A stretch of 64,000 nucleotides of DNA from the human T2T-CHM13v2.0 reference genome, Homo sapiens: assembly GCF_009914755.1 (NCBI RefSeq), contig NC_060927.1; one strand, written 5' to 3'. A program made the translations under genes and the position numbers. The stretch's first letter is position 1. The number at the start of each line of letters is the position of its first letter. The notes under the pieces were generated by a model. That model worked only from the letters and a program-made list of their open reading frames with translations, was not told the origin of the DNA and did no database searches. Of the stretch, positions 61,311 to 64,000 are shown one piece after another.

Positions 61311-63814
61311 AGTACTTATTCGGACAGCACATATTGAGCACCTACTGCATGCAGGCTGTGGTCAGGATGCTGAGATCCAGCAGCAAGCAGGTTGGCCAGG
61401 TCCCTCCCCTAGTGGAGCCACCAGTCCAGCAGGGGAAGATGTCATCTGATCACCACCCACACTAATACTTAACTAATTCTGCTCTAAAGGGGAGTATGAG
61501 GTGCAACAAGAGCTCTCCTGAGAGGATCCTAGTTTAGATGGGGGAGAGCAACTCCTCTCCAAGGTAGGGACATTGAAGCTGAGGTGAAGAGCAAGAGTCA
61601 ATAGGCAGACAGGAAGGGCCAAGCGCCACAGGCAGAGGAAACAGCTGTGCCAAAGGCCTGGCGGGGAGTGGAGGACAGGAGAGGGAGCACAAGGGGAGCC
61701 TGGAGAAGTGGGCAGCACGCAGGCCCTGCAGGTGTGCAAGGGTAGCAGGGAGCCATGCAAGGTTTTAAGCAAGGAAGGACAGCATCAGATTTTCACCCTT
61801 GGGGTATCCCTACTGCTGTGTAGAGAAGGATCAGGGTGGTGTTGGGTAGGTGGCTGCTCCCCAAATCCTGAGGGCTGAGCGGAAGGGGCCTGTGGAGCTC
61901 ATCTGGCCCAAGCCTACAAGCAGGTAGGGAGGCCTTCCTTCGCAGAGTGTGACTGACTGACTCTGGGCCACACAGCAGGCTGACGGTAGGACAGGCACTC
62001 AGTAGGGCCCTGGGTTCCACTAGCTCTGGCGGCTTCTGAGGGGCAGATGGCCCCTCACAGCCTGAGGACCCTGTGACCGTTGGGTGTCAACTCCCTGGAG
62101 GCTTAGCACCTTGCGGCTGGAGAAATAACATAGTAAAAACCATCTGGCCAACAAGTGCTGATCACGTGCCAGGCCCTTTAGTTCTGTGGACTAATTACGG
62201 CAACCCATAAGGTGGGGCCGTTGTCCCTGTTTACAGACAAGGACACAGGCATGGGGAGGCAAGTGCCCTGCAAAGGTCACAGAGCTTCTATGGACTAGAG
62301 CCAGCGAGGAATCCAGGCAGCCACACTGTGGGGGTGAGGACAGGAGCTGTAGGTGCAGCCCCGGACAGTGGACATAGGTCCAGCTTTAGAGTCCCAAGGG
62401 GCCTGAGTTGGAGCCCCGGCTTCCCCAAAGAGAGCTGTGTGACCTCAGGCAACTCATTTCCCCTGAGTCTCAGTTTTCTCTTCTGTAAAATGGGTATTCA
62501 TGTGCCTATGAGCAACAGCAGTGGCAGCCCAAGCTGCTTCCAGCCATGAGGAGAGTTAGTGCCCATTCCTGAGCTGCTCGGAGACTGGCAGCCCACGGTT
62601 CAGCAGCAGTCAGCTGCCCACCATCGTCCTCCGGATGTTGACTTCTGTCATAGAGCTGGCCTCCTGACTATAAGAGGACTGCCAGGGCTGCAGACACCTC
62701 ACAGGAGGGCATCCCAGGCAGAAAGTGAGTGGTGGGGTAAGGGTTTCCCCTGACTTTTCACCCTAAAGGAGTCTTTCCTGGGAGTCATCTGGCTAATCCC
62801 CTGATATCGCCTCAGGCAGAGCCAGGCCACATTCCCCCCGAACCCCCGGACCCAGTGCTTCAGCAACGACACACGAAGCTGAAGATATGGCTCCCTGAAG
62901 CTGGGCTCATGCCCTGACACAGCCGGGGTCGGCCAGCAAGGAAGGAGGAAGACTGACAGGTGGCCGGATGGCCAACATTCCCTGCCACAAGAAATGTGTT
63001 GGGTCATCTAAAAGCTGAAAGCAGACCTTGGCTGTGGGCCCCGGGGGCACAGCCTCTCCTGGCACCATGTGGAGCTAGGCTTCTAAGGTCAGTCCTGACG
63101 GTGGAAACAGGGTCTCCCAGGTGTCCCCATACCCCCACGGCATAGCTGAACCTGGCAGCCTTCCCATGGTGAGTGTGGCTAAGTGACTGTCTTATTTCAC
63201 TTAGCATGATGTCCTCAGGGTTCACTGTTTCTCAAAATGGTGAGATTTTAAAAATGTAAGCACATGACATGGCATTTGACACTACAGAAGGGTAGACACA
63301 GTGAAGAGTAGGTCTCCTTGTCCAGCACCTGTCCTCTCGGAGGCCACCAGATCCCTGGGTGTCCTTCCAGACATGCTCTAGGCGTGTAAGTAGTATCCAC
63401 TGCTTTGCCGTGTGCTTACAGTAACTTCTTGAGAATCTCACCTACAGGCATGTATGTCCTATGTCTGTCTGCCTCTGTCTTTTCATTTTGAAAAATTCAA
63501 GCATATGCAAGAAGAAGGGAGAATAGTTCAAGGAACCCCCACCTTCCCACCACCTACTCCCACCTGGGATGACTGCGAAGCCAGTCCCAGCCTTGTGGAT
63601 TCTGTGACTATGTCTGAACGTATCTCTAAAATAATAAGTCTCCCTCCACCCACCCTTTGTGAAACGTTTTTTATTTCTTTCCCTTTTTCAACATAAATGT
63701 TAAGCCCTGTTCTGCACTTTGGTTTTCCCACTTAGTGTATCTTAGACAGCTGTGGGATAGTTTGAAAGGCATCAGGAGCATAGTGTGCACATGTGTGCAG
63801 GAGCGTACATGGAC

Positions 63815-64000
63815 AAACACACAACCACAAACACACCACACACACTGCACACACACACACATATGTACCCCACACCACACACACCCCACACACCCCACAC
63901 CATGCACACACCACACACACCGCACACACACTGCACACACACACACATATGTACCCCACACCACACACACCCCACACACTCCACACCACACACACAGCAC
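63815..64000. repeat. CA-rich low-complexity tandem repeat running off the right edge
   Basis: Recurrent cacacacactgcacacacacacacatatgtaccccacac units. Confidence 0.93.

Overview
Human (or near-identical great-ape) genomic DNA from the ZXDC-UROC1-CHST13 locus, recognised as 3q21.3. It contains (i) the 5' coding part and CpG-island promoter of ZXDC on the minus strand (ATG at 420, running off the left edge); (ii) the complete UROC1 urocanate hydratase gene on the minus strand, which I traced by hand as 20 GT-AG coding exons (42018 to 6820) totalling 2031 nt = 676 aa + stop, plus a cassette exon and an alternative acceptor that together add exactly 60 aa; (iii) the CpG-island promoter and coding exons 1-2 of CHST13 on the plus strand, head-to-head with UROC1. 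The rest is intronic/intergenic: Alu monomers and dimers, old L1 pieces, LTRs, DNA-transposon relics, microsatellites and two large VNTRs. Almost all ORF-track entries are spurious. I see no convincing wholly new biological system. The most interesting signals are frame-coupled alternative splicing of UROC1 beside a 1-kb CA-rich tract, a 176-codon alternative frame, a 104-bp direct repeat bracketing in-frame exon 16, a 51-bp near-perfect palindrome centred on an AP-1 site, and a strong CTCF motif between the divergent promoters. Repeat family names are from recalled consensus sequences and their boundaries are approximate.
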